DNA of 60,218 bases, filler included, from 2 parts of 2 records of this genome joined end to end with filler, not necessarily neighbours in it, one strand, 5' to 3'. Counted from the whole stretch's first letter, positions 10,611 through 21,251 are shown. The notes: generated by a model from the letters alone, not told the origin. Numbers and translations: made by a program.

Positions 10611-12137
10611 TCATGCGAGAATGCCTTGGACCACTTGGGCTGGTTTGACGCCGGTCAGCTTTTGATCCAGACCTTGGAACGGATAGACGAGACTTTGATG
10701 GTCAAACCCGAGCAAATGCAACAACGTCGCGTGGAAGTCTCGCAGATGAACCGGGTCAACCGCCGCGGTGTAGCCCACTTCGTCTGATTCGCCATACGTC
10801 ACTCCTTTTTTGATACCGCCGCCAGCCATCCACAGCGTGAATGCGGACGGGTTGTGATCCCGACCGACGAAGGTCATCTCGGTCCCGCCACGGTTCTCGC
10901 GCATCGGCGTGCGGCCGAATTCGCCGCTCCAAATCACGAGCGTGTCCTCGAGCATTCCGTTGGCCTTCAAATCGGCAAGCAACGCAGCGGTGGGCTGGTC
11001 GACTTGTTTGCACTTGTCCTTGAAGCCTTCGTTTAGCGCTTCGTCTTTTCCGGCACCGTGCGAGTCCCACCCCCAGTCGTAAAGCTGAATGAACCGAACG
11101 CCTTGCTGAGCCAATCGTCGGGCGAGCAAACAGTTGTTGGCGAATGATTCCTTGCCGGGCTCGGCACCGTAGCTGTCCAGGACGTGTTGTGGTTCCTTGG
11201 AGATATCCATCGCATCGGGCACCGCCGATTGCATCCGAAACGCCATCTCGTACTGGGCAATTCGAGTGATGGTCTCAGGGTCCCCAAACGTTTCGTGAGA
11301 AGTTTGATTGAGCCGATTGAGCGAATCCAACATCGCTCGTCGAGCTTCTCGAGTCGTGCCCTGCGGGTCAGAAATATTCAACACCGGATCGCCTTTGGAT
11401 CGACACTGGACGCCCTGGTAAACCGAAGGCAAGAATCCGGAACTCCACAGGGCTTTGCCAACTCGAGGCAACCGGCCGCCCGACAACAACACCATGTAGC
11501 CGGGAAGATCTTCATTCTCGCTGCCCAAGCCCCACGTGACCCAAGATCCGATCGATGGATTGCCCATCCGAGTTTGTCCGGTGTGGACCATCAGTTGCGC
11601 AGGCCCATGATTGAATTGATCTGTCTGCATCGATTTGATGAAACAGATGTCGTCGACCTGTTTTGCCAAATGTGGCATCCGATCGGAAACCCAAGCTCCC
11701 GACTCACCGTGTTGCTCGAACGGATACTGCGGCCCGAGCATTTTAGGCGTGCCTTGGATGAACGCGAAACGCTTGCCCTCCAAAAAGGATTGCGGGCAAT
11801 CTTTGCCATCGAGTCGTCTCAGTTCCGGTTTGTAGTCGAACAACTCCAGTTGGCTGGGGGCGCCAATCATGTGCAAAAAAATGACACGCTTGACCTTCGC
11901 CGGTAGCGGCGGCTTGATCGGGCTGAGCGGATTCGTTGGTGAATGCTGAGGGACCACGACGTTTCGCGCCGATGCCTGGTTCTGCTGCATCGCCATCCAA
12001 ATCGCCCCTAGACCCAACGTGGAATCACGCAGGAAGTGTCGACGCGTCGAGTGTTGCAACGAGCCAGCGTAGAGCTCCGATGCGAGCGATCTCCGCGAAA
12101 CGCTGTTCATTGAATGCATGGTTTGGAAGTCAATCAT
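10611..12137 (-). CDS. DUF1501 domain protein (Tat-exported, alkaline-phosphatase/sulfatase-like superfamily)
   Basis: Tat 'TRRHFL'; 'KRVIFLHMIGAPSQLELFDYKP', 'WDSH', 'GEFGRTP', 'GRDH'. Confidence 0.88.
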   Translation of the reverse strand: MIDFQTMHSMNSVSRRSLASELYAGSLQHSTRRHFLRDSTLGLGAIWMAMQQNQASARNVVVPQHSPTNPLSPIKPPLPAKVKRVIFLHMIGAPSQLELFDYKPELRRLDGKDCPQSFLEGKRFAFIQGTPKMLGPQYPFEQHGESGAWVSDRMPHLAKQVDDICFIKSMQTDQFNHGPAQLMVHTGQTRMGNPSIGSWVTWGLGSENEDLPGYMVLLSGGRLPRVGKALWSSGFLPSVYQGVQCRSKGDPVLNISDPQGTTREARRAMLDSLNRLNQTSHETFGDPETITRIAQYEMAFRMQSAVPDAMDISKEPQHVLDSYGAEPGKESFANNCLLARRLAQQGVRFIQLYDWGWDSHGAGKDEALNEGFKDKCKQVDQPTAALLADLKANGMLEDTLVIWSGEFGRTPMRENRGGTEMTFVGRDHNPSAFTLWMAGGGIKKGVTYGESDEVGYTAAVDPVHLRDFHATLLHLLGFDHQSLVYPFQGLDQKLTGVKPAQVVQGILA

Positions 12138-15103
12138 TTCATCAAGACCTCATCGAGGTTCAAAAGCACATTGGCAACCATCGCCAGGGGATCGCCGGTA
12201 TTCAATTGGCCAAGTTGCTGATGCAGTCCGACCAATTCTTCAAGTTCGCCACCGGAAGGCTCTCGGCACGTTGCACGAACAAAGCCCAACCGGATTTGTT
12301 CTGAAGGATCGTCGGACAACGTTCTCATGTGAGCGGCGAAGGCATTGGCACACTCCGCGAAAGTTTGATCGTTGAGCGTCATCAGAGCTTGGACCGGAGT
12401 GTTGGACCGTAGCCTGCGAGGCGTGCAAAATTCTCGCGACGGAGCGTCGAAGGCCGCGAACATGGGGAACGGAATGCTGCGTTTGGTGTAGGTGTAGAGC
12501 GAACGTCGATAGCGATTCCCGTCATCAACCTTCGCAGTATTCCATTTGTCCCAGGATGCAAACGGAGTCCAAACACCGTCGGGGATGGGTGGATGAACCG
12601 GCGGCCCGTGCATCTTGTCGCTCAACAATCCAGAGATCGCGAGAGCCTGATCGCGAACGGTCTCGGCATCCAAACGGTGTCGGGGCCCACGTGCCAACAA
12701 ACGATTGGCCGGATCCACGTCCATCAGATCATCTCGAACGACACTGGATTGCCGATAAGTCCGAGACAGCACCAATTCGCGAATAAGCGGTTTGAATTTC
12801 CACTGGTGAGTGTCTTTGAAACGCAACGCCAACTCATCGAGCAATGCCGGATGCGATGGTGTCTCTCCGGAAGATCCAAAGTCTTCCTCTGTCGCCACCA
12901 AGCCAATTCCAAACAGCTGAGCCCAAACTCGGTTCACCGCGACTCGCGCGGTCAGCGGGTTATCATCGCTGACCAACCAACGTGCGAGAGCCAACCGCGG
13001 CGGTTGATCGCCGCCCGACAAAGGCGGGAAGGACTGCGGCGTGTCGGGTTGGACTTGTTTGTCCTTCGTCAAAAATAGACCGCGAATGAACACGTGGCTG
13101 GGTCGAGCCAAGTGCGACTCTCGTTCGGCCAAAATCGGTACCGTCGTGGTTTCAATCTTGTCGCGTCGAGATTTCAATTCGGCAAGTTCTTTTCGTTGAT
13201 CCTGCAGGGACTGATCCGTCAATAACGCTTGGAACTCCGGATCGCTCGATACCGCCAAATGCCCTCGACGAGTGACCAACGAGAAAGCGGACAGCAAGTA
13301 GATCCGGTGCTTGATCGTGAATTCGATTTGCGATCCCTCGCCGACAGCCAAAGGTTCCTTCAGCAAGAACGCCGCGGAGCGGGGGTAATGAATGCGTGTG
13401 TACGCGGCGAATCCGTGATTCGATTTCTCGTTGAGACTGCCGTTGGGATCATGGAACGGATCAGGCTCATCGGAAATCACATCGGCGAATTCGATCGGTG
13501 TCGGTTCGCCGCCATCGGCAGGAATCAACTTGGCTTCGACGTGCGAAAGGACAAATCCCCATTCCGAATCGGCAACCGCCTTTTCGGGGTCCAGCGGCAT
13601 GCCCGTAAAACGGATCGCAGTGAGTGAATCGACGGACTTTGGCAAGGAAGACCGAAGTGTGATGTCCGTGTTTCGAGCTACGGTTCCGACGGTGTGATAT
13701 TCGTCATGATTACCGACCGTTTCCACAGCGACCTGGGTGGCCTTGTTGGTCGAAGCCTCCAGGCCGGTCAGCGGTTCCCAACGAGTCTCATCGGAAAGCA
13801 ATTCGTATTCCTGAGACCAAATGTTCCGTTGCAAAGGGCGGATCTGCGAATCGAGCTTGGCCGCTTGATCGTAGTGAGCCGAATCAACCGGCACCTTCAA
13901 CACCGGCCAATCTTCGTCCAAGTCCGAGTCCGTGGTGTTGTTGAAGAACGCCGCGAATTCGTAGTACTCGTCATGTTCGAACGGGTCATACGGATGGCTG
14001 TGGCATTGCACGCATCCAAATGTGACTCCTTGCCAAACTTGCCAAGTCGTGTTGACGCGATCAAGAATCGCCTCGATTCGAAACTCTTCGTCATCGGTCC
14101 CGCCCTCTTCGTTGGATTGCGTGAGTCGTTGGGCGGCGGTCGCGACGTAATCTTCGATGGTGGGATCAGGCAACAAGTCGCCCGCGATCTGGCGAATCGT
14201 GAATTCGTCATAAGGCATGTCTCGATTGAACGCATCGATTACCCAGTCGCGATACTTCCATGCTTTTCGAGGAGCATCGAGTCCGAGACCTTTCGAATCG
14301 GCGTAGCGAATTTGGTCCAACCAAACGCTGGCCCATCGTTCGCCGAACTCGGGACGATTCAGTAGCCGATTGACAGCGTCTTCGTACGCATGTTCTTGCT
14401 GCGCTTCGATCGCCGCCTCAAAAGCGGTCACTTCGTCGGGCGTGGGTGGCAAACCGATCAAGTCCAATGAAGCTCGTCGCAGCCAACGCGTTGGGACTTC
14501 ATCGGCGGCCGGTGAGATGCCATTTTCTTCCAACTTTGCCAAGATGAATCGGTCCGTCGCTTGTCGACACCAATCGACGTTGGCGACATCGGGCACGACG
14601 GGGCGTGCAGGTTTTTCGTACGCCCAGTGCTCGCCCCATTTCGCACCTTGCTCGATCCATCGCCGAATCAGTTGAACTTCGTACTCTGGAAGTGGCGGTC
14701 CGTGTTCCGCGGGCGGCATGATCACCGATTCATCGTCGGTCGTGATTCGTTCGATCACGATCGACTCATCAGGTTCTCCTGGTTCCACCACCCAACCATC
14801 CGGCGGCAGAACCTTGTCGCGATAGACAAACGACAGATCACCTGCCTGCTTCACTCCACCATGACAGGCGACGCAATGAGAGTTGAAAATCGGACGGATA
14901 TGATCGTTGAAATCGATCGTTTCCGGCAAAGCTTCCGCTTGGATGTGCATTGCATCCTGACCGGAATGTTCGCCCTCGTCACCGTGAGCGACCGCGCCGA
15001 ATCCACTCAGCACGCTGAGCAGGCCAACTGTTTTGATCCAATGAGTCATGAAAGCATCGAAGGAACGGTGAGAGGGAAAGGCGGCCAAACAAAAACCATC
15101 CAA
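12134..15103 (-). CDS. Planctomycete cytochrome c + DUF1549 + DUF1553 (PSD1) protein
   Basis: 'CVACHGG', 'LRRASLDLIGLPP', 'RYADS', 'CVQCHSHPYDP', 'NPLTARVAVNRVW', 'NTPVQAL'. ATGA overlap with the DUF1501 gene. Confidence 0.9.
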   Translation of the reverse strand: MDGFCLAAFPSHRSFDAFMTHWIKTVGLLSVLSGFGAVAHGDEGEHSGQDAMHIQAEALPETIDFNDHIRPIFNSHCVACHGGVKQAGDLSFVYRDKVLPPDGWVVEPGEPDESIVIERITTDDESVIMPPAEHGPPLPEYEVQLIRRWIEQGAKWGEHWAYEKPARPVVPDVANVDWCRQATDRFILAKLEENGISPAADEVPTRWLRRASLDLIGLPPTPDEVTAFEAAIEAQQEHAYEDAVNRLLNRPEFGERWASVWLDQIRYADSKGLGLDAPRKAWKYRDWVIDAFNRDMPYDEFTIRQIAGDLLPDPTIEDYVATAAQRLTQSNEEGGTDDEEFRIEAILDRVNTTWQVWQGVTFGCVQCHSHPYDPFEHDEYYEFAAFFNNTTDSDLDEDWPVLKVPVDSAHYDQAAKLDSQIRPLQRNIWSQEYELLSDETRWEPLTGLEASTNKATQVAVETVGNHDEYHTVGTVARNTDITLRSSLPKSVDSLTAIRFTGMPLDPEKAVADSEWGFVLSHVEAKLIPADGGEPTPIEFADVISDEPDPFHDPNGSLNEKSNHGFAAYTRIHYPRSAAFLLKEPLAVGEGSQIEFTIKHRIYLLSAFSLVTRRGHLAVSSDPEFQALLTDQSLQDQRKELAELKSRRDKIETTTVPILAERESHLARPSHVFIRGLFLTKDKQVQPDTPQSFPPLSGGDQPPRLALARWLVSDDNPLTARVAVNRVWAQLFGIGLVATEEDFGSSGETPSHPALLDELALRFKDTHQWKFKPLIRELVLSRTYRQSSVVRDDLMDVDPANRLLARGPRHRLDAETVRDQALAISGLLSDKMHGPPVHPPIPDGVWTPFASWDKWNTAKVDDGNRYRRSLYTYTKRSIPFPMFAAFDAPSREFCTPRRLRSNTPVQALMTLNDQTFAECANAFAAHMRTLSDDPSEQIRLGFVRATCREPSGGELEELVGLHQQLGQLNTGDPLAMVANVLLNLDEVLMK

Positions 15104-15118
15104 GCGAAGCTGCGAAAG

Positions 15119-16639
15119 TTATGCCAAGATGTCATTAACGACTTTGGATGATTCCACACCGGTCAATTTGAAATCGAGACCTTGATAGCGGTGGGTGAAA
15201 CGCTCGTGGTCGATGCCCAACACGTGAAGTGCTGTGGCGTGTAAGTCACGTACATGAACCGGATTTTCGACGACGTTGTAACTGAAGTCATCCGTCTGCC
15301 CGTATGACGTTCCGGGCTTGATACCAGCCCCGGCCATCCAAATCGTGAAGCAGCGGGGATGGTGGTCGCGACCGGCTTCGGGTGAATCCCATTTGCCTTG
15401 ACCAGCGACTCCGCGTCCGAATTCGCCGCCCCAAATGATCAACGTGTCGTCGAGCAAACCGCGTTGCTTCAAGTCTTTGACCAACGCGGCACTGGGTTGG
15501 TCGGTATCAACGCATCGCGAAACGCACCAGGAACTCAGCCGCGAATGGTGGTCCCAATCGGGATGAAACAATTGAATGAACCGCACGTCACGCTCGGCCA
15601 AACGCCGAGCCAAAATGCAGTTGGCGGCGTAGCTGCCCGGCCGACGCGAATCGGGACCGTACATTTCAAATGTCTCGTCGGACTCATCACTCAAGTCAGT
15701 CAGATCCGGAATGCTGGTTTGCATCCGAAACGCCATCTCATATTGAGCGATACGGGTCTCGATTTCGGGATCCAAAGTTTCAGTGTGGTGCAGGCGGTTC
15801 ATCCCCGCCAATCCGTCCAGCATTTCGCGACGCAATTCCCGTGGAAAGCCATCGGGGTCGTTCAAGTACAGGACCGGATCCTTTGCACTACGCAGCTTGA
15901 CGCCCTGATGTTTGGACGGAAGAAACCCGCTGCCCCAATAATGGTCATAAAGAGGTTGATCACTGGGCCGCTTCATTTTTGAAATCACCACGACGTAATC
16001 GGGCAGATTGCTGTTCATGCTGCCCAAACCATAGCTCGCCCAGGCACCAAAGCTTGGTCGACCGGGGAGCTGGTGACCGGTCAAGAATTTTGTCATCGCC
16101 GGTGCGTGATTGATCTCATCGGTGACCATCGATTTTACAAAGCACAAATCGTCGGAGATTGCACCGATGTGCGGTAGCCATTCGCCAACCAATCGTCCGC
16201 ATTCACCGTGGCGGTGAAACTTTGTGATCGCTGGCAAAATCAATTGCTTTTGGTTCTTGGTCATCCCGGTAAGCCGCTGGCCCTGCCGGACACTGTCGGG
16301 CAGTTCGGTACCGGCCAACTTTGGCAGTTCTGGTTTGTGATCGAACAACTCAATCTGCGAAGGACCGCCGGATTGGGTCAAGAAGATCACGCGTTTGGCT
16401 TTGGGCGAGAAGTGCGGCAGGCTGGACTTCAACTCGCTGGCGGCCAGCTCGTCGCCCAGCATCGCACCCGCGGCGAGGGCACCGAAGTTAAAGCCAGCTT
16501 GCGAAAGGAAGCTACGCCGACCGAGCTGCAGATGGGTTTCTTGGTGATGCATTGGATCTTTGAATGAAAGGCGGCGTCTTATGGGTGTTTGCCGTGACGT
16601 TTGATCTTTGACATGAATGGAGTGGTGCAACTCATTCAC
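15119..16639 (-). CDS. DUF1501 domain protein (second paralog)
   Basis: Tat 'GRRSFL'; 'KAKRVIFLTQSGGPSQIELFD', 'WDHH', 'GEFGR', 'GRDHH'. True start may be the later MHHQE. Confidence 0.88.
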   Translation of the reverse strand: MNELHHSIHVKDQTSRQTPIRRRLSFKDPMHHQETHLQLGRRSFLSQAGFNFGALAAGAMLGDELAASELKSSLPHFSPKAKRVIFLTQSGGPSQIELFDHKPELPKLAGTELPDSVRQGQRLTGMTKNQKQLILPAITKFHRHGECGRLVGEWLPHIGAISDDLCFVKSMVTDEINHAPAMTKFLTGHQLPGRPSFGAWASYGLGSMNSNLPDYVVVISKMKRPSDQPLYDHYWGSGFLPSKHQGVKLRSAKDPVLYLNDPDGFPRELRREMLDGLAGMNRLHHTETLDPEIETRIAQYEMAFRMQTSIPDLTDLSDESDETFEMYGPDSRRPGSYAANCILARRLAERDVRFIQLFHPDWDHHSRLSSWCVSRCVDTDQPSAALVKDLKQRGLLDDTLIIWGGEFGRGVAGQGKWDSPEAGRDHHPRCFTIWMAGAGIKPGTSYGQTDDFSYNVVENPVHVRDLHATALHVLGIDHERFTHRYQGLDFKLTGVESSKVVNDILA

Positions 16640-19600
16640 GCGTCATGGCTTCGTCTAGGTTCAGAATCAAACTGGCGGTCGTCATCCAAGCCGCGGTTTT
16701 GGCGGCTACGCTAGCACCGGGCGACTCCATCTGGCCGACGGTGCAAAACTCAATTGCCTGGTCAACGTGATCGCCGTAGTAGTCATCCGTTCGCGTCCAA
16801 ACCGTTCGCAACGCCTCGCGTTCGTTGTGGCTCAGCGGGCGAGACAATACTTGGGTGGAAAGATAATTTGCTTGATCAGCCCAAGCGGATGCGTCGGATT
16901 GCTTCACGAGTGAATCCGCGAATGCTCGGGACGCTTCCAACATGGTCGCGTCATTCATCAACGTCAGTGCGTGCAGCGGAGTGTTCGTGCGTCGCACGCC
17001 GACTTCGCAAACGCGACGCTGAGCACTATCGAACAGAAACGTCGGTGCACTGCTGCGACGCCAAAATGCGTAGATCGTCCGTCGGTACTGCCTTGAACCG
17101 AGACTGGGTTGATAGTCGAACCGTCCCATAGTGATCTCCGCCCATACGCCCGGCGGTTGATAGGGATACACGGGTGGGCCGCCGACGGTTGGATCGAGCA
17201 ATCCCGAGACTCGCAATGCATTGTCGCGAATCATCCAAGCCGGCAAACGGAACCGGGGTGCTCGTGCAAGCAAACGGTTTTCGGGGTCGAGTTCCAACAA
17301 CTCCGGTGAAATGACGCTGCTTTGTCGATACGTTTTACTGGTCGAGATCAGTCGTAGCAGATGCCGCAGATCCCAATCGCTTTCGATCAGTTCCACCGCC
17401 AACCAATCAAGCAATTTTGGATGTGTTGGCAGTTCGCCTTGCAAACCAAAGTCACCCGGCGTTCGCACCAAACCGGCACCAAACATCAATTGCCACATGT
17501 GATTGGCCATCACACGAGCGGTCAGTGGGTTCGCGGGATCGACGATCCAATTGGCCAAATCCAAACGGGTTCGAGTCTTCTCGGCGGGCCATTCCAGCAC
17601 GCTGGGCAGAACGGCTCGTTCAACGACATCGCCTTTCGCATCCCAAACTCCTCGCAACAGCACGTGAGTTTCGCGAGGTTCCTCCCGTTCGCTCAACACC
17701 ATCACCTTGCGAGGCTTGGCTTGCTTCTTCAAATCGGCGAGTTGCTTTTGAGCTCTATGCAATCGCCCGCTGGCGTCCTGGTATTCCAAATCAGCGATTA
17801 AGAATTGTTCCAGCAAACGTTTGCGAAGTTCGTCGTCAATTGGTTTGGCATCTGACTCATCGACGGTTTCGTCATTTCGGTGCTTGTTCAAGGCTTGAAC
17901 CAACTCTGCCTTAGGGGAGCCACCATCCACGCGGCGAACGGTTTCGCCAAACTCCGAACACAACGAAACTCGGAAGCGTCCGATGTTTGCACGGCCGTGA
18001 GTGGAACGTTGACGCATCAAAACGACGAATCGATCGCCGGATTGGACGTCCCATGGTTCGGCAAGCTCATACACACCGACGTGTGGCTGTATCTCTTCGG
18101 CTCCTTCGGTTGTCCAACCGTCCCGAGCGTCGTCGTTGAGCGTCTTGTTGATTTTCGCGTAACGTTTGTCCCATTCTGTTTTGCGTTCTTCATCTGATTC
18201 AAAGTCCGCCTTGGCACGAACAAACTCCAACTGGCTTTCCGAGGGACTGCCGTCTCGACGGCCCATCGCCAGAACGCTGGTTAGCGTGAACTCGCCATTT
18301 CCGTCACGTGAAAACCGTCCGTCAACATGTGATTCGTGCGGGAAGACTTCGATGCGAACCCCAGTAACACGCGGCATGTCATCAGGTACTTGCATGACCA
18401 CGCGGTAGTCGTCTTGGACCGGCTTCGGCCCTTTCGTTTGAACGATGCGATCGTCCTGGATGTCGAATTCGGTCCCTTCACTGCTATTTAACTTTGGCGA
18501 AGGCGTGTGCCACACCGAGTGTTCCGCTGGTGGGTCGCTTTGGAACTCGGACAGCCAGGTATTGAAGCGTTCAACAGCTCGCTGTTTTTCGGCGACTTCA
18601 GCTTTTACGCACTCCTCAACAAACGTCGCAAACTCTTCGGCTTGAGGATCGACCTTGGGCGACTCGAATTCCAGATATGGTTTGGCTCGCATCCCAGCAT
18701 TGCCATCTTCATCAATGCTGTTGAAGAACGCTGACAATGAGTAGTAATCGTGGTGCGTGATCGGATCGAACTTGTGCGTGTGACATTGCACACAACCAAG
18801 TGTCAGCCCCAACCAAACCGTTCCGGTCGTGTTGACTCGATCGATGACATAGTCGATGCGAGATTCTTCGGGGTCGCGTCCGCCTTCGCCATTGGTCATG
18901 TGATTGCGATGAAAACACGTCGCCAGTTTTTGTTCCGCGGTCGCGTCTGGCAACAAGTCACCGGCGAACTGCTCGATCGTGAATTCGTCGAACGGCCGAT
19001 TGTTGGCGAATTGATCGATTACCCAATCACGCCAAGGCCAGTTTTCGCGAGTGCCGTCTTGTTGGAAACCATCCGAATCGGAATACCGCGCGGCATCGAG
19101 CCACCACATAGCCATGCGTTCGGCATGATGCGGTGATTCGAGACAATCCTTGACGAGGCTCTTCCAGACTTCTTCTTTGGTTTCGTCAGTGGCGTCACTT
19201 AGCCGAGCGATCTGGTCGGGTGTCGGCGACATGCCGGTCAAGTCAAACGAAAGCCGGCGAAGCTGTGTGATTGGATCAGCAGGCTGACTGAGTGACAATT
19301 CGTTGTCGGCAAGTTTGTCCGCAACGAACGCGTCGATGGGATTTGAGTCGGACTCCTCGCCATCGGACTCAGGAACCTCAGGCCGAGTCAACTCTTCAAA
19401 AGACCAATGCTTGCCCCAGGGTGCTCCTTCAGCAATCCATTGTCGAATCGCTTCGCGTTCTTTCTCCGACAACGGTTTGCGATGCGAATCTGGAGGTGGC
19501 ATCAACGTGTCTTCATCTTCAGAAATGATCCGAGACCAGATTTCGCTGTTCTCTAAATCACCAGGCTGAACCGCGGCGTATCCGCCACGATCCTCTTTGG

Positions 19601-19937
19601 CGGCCGACTCGACATCCAACCGCAGATCCGCCTCACGGTTGCCTTCGTCAGGACCGTGGCAATGAAAGCATCGGTCCGACAAGACCGGCAAAACATCGCG
19701 GGAGAAAGAAACGTCATCCGCTTGCAGAGCAGTCACGCCGACGAGCGAGGTGAGCATCCAAATAGGCAACGTGAGAAGGATGACATAGACCGGATTGCCA
19801 AAGAATCGAGAACGCTCCGCGGGTGGATGCGGATGCGCTTCAGACAGCTCGGTTGTTCCAAACGAATCCGCACACTCGATCAAGCCAATCGGTGAGTCGT
19901 TCAAACTTCGAAGATCATGGACGATGAGTTCACTCAT
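16632..19937 (-). CDS. Planctomycete cytochrome c + DUF1549 + DUF1553 (PSD1) protein (second paralog)
   Basis: 'RCFHCHGP', 'LRRLSFDLTG', 'ARYSDSDG', 'CVQCHTHKFDP', 'PTHPKLLDWLA', 'NTPLHAL'. Start uncertain. Confidence 0.9.
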   Translation of the reverse strand: MSELIVHDLRSLNDSPIGLIECADSFGTTELSEAHPHPPAERSRFFGNPVYVILLTLPIWMLTSLVGVTALQADDVSFSRDVLPVLSDRCFHCHGPDEGNREADLRLDVESAAKEDRGGYAAVQPGDLENSEIWSRIISEDEDTLMPPPDSHRKPLSEKEREAIRQWIAEGAPWGKHWSFEELTRPEVPESDGEESDSNPIDAFVADKLADNELSLSQPADPITQLRRLSFDLTGMSPTPDQIARLSDATDETKEEVWKSLVKDCLESPHHAERMAMWWLDAARYSDSDGFQQDGTRENWPWRDWVIDQFANNRPFDEFTIEQFAGDLLPDATAEQKLATCFHRNHMTNGEGGRDPEESRIDYVIDRVNTTGTVWLGLTLGCVQCHTHKFDPITHHDYYSLSAFFNSIDEDGNAGMRAKPYLEFESPKVDPQAEEFATFVEECVKAEVAEKQRAVERFNTWLSEFQSDPPAEHSVWHTPSPKLNSSEGTEFDIQDDRIVQTKGPKPVQDDYRVVMQVPDDMPRVTGVRIEVFPHESHVDGRFSRDGNGEFTLTSVLAMGRRDGSPSESQLEFVRAKADFESDEERKTEWDKRYAKINKTLNDDARDGWTTEGAEEIQPHVGVYELAEPWDVQSGDRFVVLMRQRSTHGRANIGRFRVSLCSEFGETVRRVDGGSPKAELVQALNKHRNDETVDESDAKPIDDELRKRLLEQFLIADLEYQDASGRLHRAQKQLADLKKQAKPRKVMVLSEREEPRETHVLLRGVWDAKGDVVERAVLPSVLEWPAEKTRTRLDLANWIVDPANPLTARVMANHMWQLMFGAGLVRTPGDFGLQGELPTHPKLLDWLAVELIESDWDLRHLLRLISTSKTYRQSSVISPELLELDPENRLLARAPRFRLPAWMIRDNALRVSGLLDPTVGGPPVYPYQPPGVWAEITMGRFDYQPSLGSRQYRRTIYAFWRRSSAPTFLFDSAQRRVCEVGVRRTNTPLHALTLMNDATMLEASRAFADSLVKQSDASAWADQANYLSTQVLSRPLSHNEREALRTVWTRTDDYYGDHVDQAIEFCTVGQMESPGASVAAKTAAWMTTASLILNLDEAMTRE

Positions 19938-20131
19938 TCAATCTGCGTGACCGGATAGGAGACAAATCAGCGACGGAAGGGAGGTCGCTTTGCGAGTTCG
20001 CTCGCATGATGGCGAGCACTCGTCGAAAGGCGGGGTAGCGACGGCAAGGTCGGAACGAATGATCTCGAAGCCGCTGATCTCGAGGCCGCCGCCACCAGTC
20101 ATTCATTATTGTCAACCGATTCGTCCGTGTC

Positions 20132-20168
20132 TTGCCGATTCGTTGCATTGATTTGTAAAATCCTCGCA
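20132..20168 (-). promoter_or_regulatory. Putative AraC/XylS-type tandem binding site (21-bp period)
   Basis: Minus strand TGCGAGGATTTTACAA (20153-20168) and TGCAACGAATCGGCAA (20132-20147): TGC-N10-CAA repeated 21 bp apart, followed by an AT-rich -10-like CAATAAT. Confidence 0.5.
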
Positions 20169-20932
20169 TGACAAAAGCACTATCTGACATCAACCACTGG
20201 CGAACCGATCTCTTTGACAGCATTGCCAACCCGATGGCCTGTTTGGAGCTGTTCGATTATTTGCCGCAAGTCTATATGTACGTCAAAGCGGCTGACGGAC
20301 GCTATCTACGGGCCAATCGCGTGGTGTGCCGCGTTGTTGGCGTCGAGGATGAATCGTCGATCATTGGCAAAACCGACCTCGATTTCTTTCCACCGGCAAC
20401 GGCAACTCAGTACATCGAGGAGGATCGACGTGTGGTCGCTTCGGGCGAGACTTTGACGGATCAAATTTGGCTGGTTCCCGACAGCCGCGGTGTCCCTCAG
20501 ATCTATTCCTGCAATAAGATTCCGTTGCTCAATCAAGCCGGCGACGTGGTTGCTTTGGCGGGAGTCAAGCGGCCCTACCATGATTCGGATGCCCCCGAGA
20601 GCGGTCATTTGCGGTTGCTCAAGGTGGTTCAGTTCGTGACACAAAACTATGGCGAACAAATCGCGGTCGCGGACTTGGCACGGGAAGCCAACTTGTCACC
20701 CAGCCAGCTGCACCGCGAATTCATTCGGCTGTTTGGAATCACGCCGAACCACTACATCCGCGAAGTCCGAGTTGGTGTCGCCAGACATTTGCTCGAGTCG
20801 ACACAGGAAGCGATCGGCAGCATTGCCGCCTCCACCGGGTTTTACGACCAAAGCCATCTGACACGGCAATTCAAATCGTCGACGGGCATCACTCCGACCG
20901 AATACCGACGAACCTACAGCCCTCTTGGCTGA
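20168..20932 (+). CDS. AraC family transcriptional regulator with N-terminal PAS domain
   Basis: PAS 'YVKAADGRYLRAN...IIGKTDLDFFP'; HTH 'LSPSQLHREF', 'GFYDQSHLTRQFK..TGITPTEYR'. Confidence 0.92.
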   Translation: MTKALSDINHWRTDLFDSIANPMACLELFDYLPQVYMYVKAADGRYLRANRVVCRVVGVEDESSIIGKTDLDFFPPATATQYIEEDRRVVASGETLTDQIWLVPDSRGVPQIYSCNKIPLLNQAGDVVALAGVKRPYHDSDAPESGHLRLLKVVQFVTQNYGEQIAVADLAREANLSPSQLHREFIRLFGITPNHYIREVRVGVARHLLESTQEAIGSIAASTGFYDQSHLTRQFKSSTGITPTEYRRTYSPLG

Positions 20933-21180
20933 AGTCTGACGATCTCGCCCAGCTCGCCGCCCCTTCCCAAATTGAGACGGTCACAACAGAAAATGCGACA
21001 CTTTTGACGACAAGCGTTTCAGGTGAATTCTACCGGGCCTAAGACGAACGCCTCTCGGACATCTGCGGATGGTTCATTTGCTTTCAAATTGGTCGTTCAA
21101 TGGTCGCACCGACGCTCGTGAGCACTGCAATCCGTGCAATTGCCGGGATTTGCTGGATTTTGAATGGCGGCGTATCGCAT

Positions 21181-21196
21181 TGGCACACAACCTGCA
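21181..21196 (+). promoter_or_regulatory. Sigma-54 (-24/-12) promoter upstream of the VKOR-DsbA gene
   Basis: TGGCAC-ACAAC-CTGCA, GG-N10-GC spacing, about 56 bp before ATG 21252. Confidence 0.6.
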
Positions 21197-21251
21197 ATTC
21201 CGATGATCCACCGCAACAAGATTTCCCACCAGACTTTTCTTTGGATCCATC

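Noticed and set aside
19930-20229. 99-aa minus-strand ORF upstream of the PSD1 operon
   Set aside because: Overlaps the AraC start and the putative operator, is Arg-rich and has no recognisable motif. Probably spurious.
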